Sequence record: SRR33789315_68
Length of the DNA: 62,205 nt
Strand: one strand, 5' to 3'
Position 1 is the first letter of the stretch. Every line of letters starts with the position of its first letter. Both the position numbers and the translations under genes were made by a program. Positions 60,081 through 62,205 of the stretch are shown one piece after another. The notes beneath the pieces were generated by a model. That model ran no database searches. It saw only the letters and a program-made list of their open reading frames with translations, and had not been told where the DNA came from.

Positions 60081-61022
60081 TTACAAATTAAGCACGAGCC
60101 TAGGGCTAAGGCTGCTAGAACAACAAATCATCATGGTTTTATTGGATTGCCTCTCAGTGTCAGTCAATATCTGGTCGGCGTGACAAGGCAAGCCTTCAAG
60201 CACTTCGGTTTCGCATTGCCCACAAATGCCCTGTTGGCAAGAATAATTAAGGTCGTGTCCGGCATCTAACAGGTGGTCGAGAATGGATTGGTCTTTTTGC
60301 ATAACAAAGTTTTGTTGCGATTTAGCCAGAAAAACTTCATAGCTATCCACTGTCAGTATTTGATTGGACTGAACAGCTTCAGTTGGTGAAAATTGTTCAA
60401 AATGAACCTGACTAGGGGTTAAGTGAGCGGTCGCTTGATGATAGGCATTTAACATGGGTGCCGGGCCACAGCAGTAAAAGTGGGCCTTGTCCGTCGCCGC
60501 AGAAATCGCCTTCTGCATAGCAAAAATGCCGGATTCAACGTCAAAGTGCAGGCAGCAATTAGGATCCTGAGCAAATTCATCCAGCATGATGCCGTCCTCA
60601 CGTGAGCGACAAGCATAAAACAAAGAATAACAGGCCTTGGCTTGTTTAAGTTTGCGCCACATAGCATAAATCGGTGTAATGCCGATACCACCACCAATTA
60701 ATACATGGTGTTCAGCCTCTTGGTGCAACTCAAAGTAATTAAGCGGCTGAGAAACATTGAGGACAGTACCAACAGGGAGATTATCATGTACCCATAACGA
60801 TCCACCTCTGCCAGTGGCTTCTCGTTTCACTGCGATTTCGTAGTAACACAAATTATTGCCTGAATTAAGTAAAGAGTAACTCCGCTTTAATGTTTTACTT
60901 AAACTAAGCGTGACATGTGAGCCAGGGGTCGCAGACGGTAATAAACTGCCATCCACACTTTCAAACACAAACTTTTTGATCTCTTGGGTTAAATAGGTAA
61001 TTTGTTTTAAACGAAGCTGCAT
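60081..61022 (-). CDS. PDR/VanB-family oxygenase reductase
   Basis: RSYSL; GGIGITP; YCCGP; CQQGICGQC...C [2Fe-2S] motif. Confidence 0.92.
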   Translation of the reverse strand: MQLRLKQITYLTQEIKKFVFESVDGSLLPSATPGSHVTLSLSKTLKRSYSLLNSGNNLCYYEIAVKREATGRGGSLWVHDNLPVGTVLNVSQPLNYFELHQEAEHHVLIGGGIGITPIYAMWRKLKQAKACYSLFYACRSREDGIMLDEFAQDPNCCLHFDVESGIFAMQKAISAATDKAHFYCCGPAPMLNAYHQATAHLTPSQVHFEQFSPTEAVQSNQILTVDSYEVFLAKSQQNFVMQKDQSILDHLLDAGHDLNYSCQQGICGQCETEVLEGLPCHADQILTDTERQSNKTMMICCSSSLSPRLVLNL

Positions 61023-61145
61023 GTTTTGTCCTATTACAGTAGTTAGCGAACTAAGCGGCTATTTAAAATAATGTTAGCGAAAGGTTAATGAATTAAATAT
61101 GCTAAAATGTGCCATATTTAGGACTATTAGTACCAAAGTAGCTTT

Positions 61146-62099
61146 ATGGAAATTCTAAGCAGGGCATTACTGTCGTTAAAATCTGAATCAGTGCTGGTGT
61201 CTGACTGGCAAATGAAAGCACCTTGGGGCGTGGACAACGCCGACTTTCCCCATGCCTTTTGTTTATGTGTGATGAGTGGTGAATGTGTATTTAAACCACA
61301 AAACCAAGACGCCTTTGTTTTAAAAGCCGGTGATTCAGTCTTATCTACTAGAGGTGAAAAATGCGCTTATTCCTCGGCACCTAAACTACCTTTATCCTCC
61401 TTGGCCGAAATATGGCAGCAACCGCATTTTTTAGGATTTTCCCACTTCTCACCCACCGAGATTTACAATATTCAATGGGGAGGCAATGGCGCAGAAACAC
61501 GTTTTATTGTATTGGCTTTTGACTTTGATAGTAGTGTTAAAAAGTCCATACTCGATTCCTTGCCAAGCTTTATCTCGGTGCAAAAAGATAATTCCGCTAT
61601 GGTCGCTTCTCTGCATAGAAACATTGAATTACTCATTGCCGAAGCCGGTGCACAAATAAGCGGTTATTTCGCCTTATCCTCGCGTTTAGCAGAATTAGTT
61701 TTTATCAGTTTATTAAGAATTTACATTTTAAATCATGCCCAGTCGTTGCAAGGTTGGTTAAAAGGATTATCGGATCCCCGCATTGCTAAAGCCTTAGCTT
61801 GCATGCATGAAACGCCGTCATTAACTTGGTCAGTGAGTCAATTAGCCGCCAAAGCCGGTATGTCGCGCACCCGTTTTTTTGCAAAATTCAGTCAGTTAGT
61901 GGGCATGACACCAATGAATTATCTAAACGAATGTCGAATACAACTTGCCTGTCAGTTATTGCGCGAAACCTCTCACTCTATCTGTGAGCTAAGTGAAAAA
62001 ACCGGCTTTCAATCTGAACGTGCGTTTCGACGAACATTTAGGCAAAAAATACAACAATCTCCCACTGGTTATCGCAAGAGCATTTTAGAAAGAAACTAA
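61146..62099 (+). CDS. AraC-family transcriptional regulator with an N-terminal cupin-like domain
   Basis: APWGV; GWLKGLSDPRI; LAAKAGMSRTRF; GFQSERAFRRTF. Confidence 0.92.
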   Translation: MEILSRALLSLKSESVLVSDWQMKAPWGVDNADFPHAFCLCVMSGECVFKPQNQDAFVLKAGDSVLSTRGEKCAYSSAPKLPLSSLAEIWQQPHFLGFSHFSPTEIYNIQWGGNGAETRFIVLAFDFDSSVKKSILDSLPSFISVQKDNSAMVASLHRNIELLIAEAGAQISGYFALSSRLAELVFISLLRIYILNHAQSLQGWLKGLSDPRIAKALACMHETPSLTWSVSQLAAKAGMSRTRFFAKFSQLVGMTPMNYLNECRIQLACQLLRETSHSICELSEKTGFQSERAFRRTFRQKIQQSPTGYRKSILERN

Positions 62100-62138
62100 A
62101 AATCTCACTCCTGTTTAGCCAACAGTGAGTGAGATTTT
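62099..62138 (+). terminator. Hairpin terminator after araC
   Basis: aaaatctcactc...gagtgagatttt. Confidence 0.6.
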
Positions 62139-62205
62139 AGGGTTTTGTACTTAGGCCAAATACCTGAGAAGGGTTTTAAAACTCAGTAGAGAAAGACAAA
62201 AACCA

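Noticed and set aside
293-60697. Numerous 60-150 aa ORFs antisense to or nested in the called genes
   Set aside because: Shadow ORFs of well-supported genes, with no independent motifs.

Overview
AT-rich bacterial DNA, probably from a marine gammaproteobacterium (inferred from protein style). The whole window is one accessory catabolic island, apparently for polyphenols/flavonoids. It contains: (i) six TonB-dependent receptors (TBDRs) and six paralogous secreted or lipoprotein SnoaL/NTF2-like proteins, mostly in TBDR-SnoaL cassettes; (ii) a cyclase-cyclase-SDR-3-hydroxyacyl-CoA-dehydrogenase-family operon resembling the reductive phloroglucinol pathway, with divergent MFS and fumarylacetoacetase genes; (iii) fde-like flavonoid oxidation genes (extradiol dioxygenase, Rieske ferredoxin, FAD monooxygenase, cupin, FAH-family protein, epimerase-type SDR), a NodD/FdeR-like LysR and five nod-box-like sites; (iv) an atypical CoA-transferase-fold pair plus an acyl-CoA ligase; (v) a LacI-associated operon with a HisD/HpsN-like dehydrogenase, followed by a malic enzyme; (vi) a VanAB-like Rieske system whose oxygenase has an in-frame amber stop. 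Signs of decay: an IS630 copy, an IS982 remnant, a truncated cupin and a double-amber SDR pseudogene. No rRNA, tRNA or CRISPR array was seen. All functional calls come from motif recognition by eye; no database search was run.
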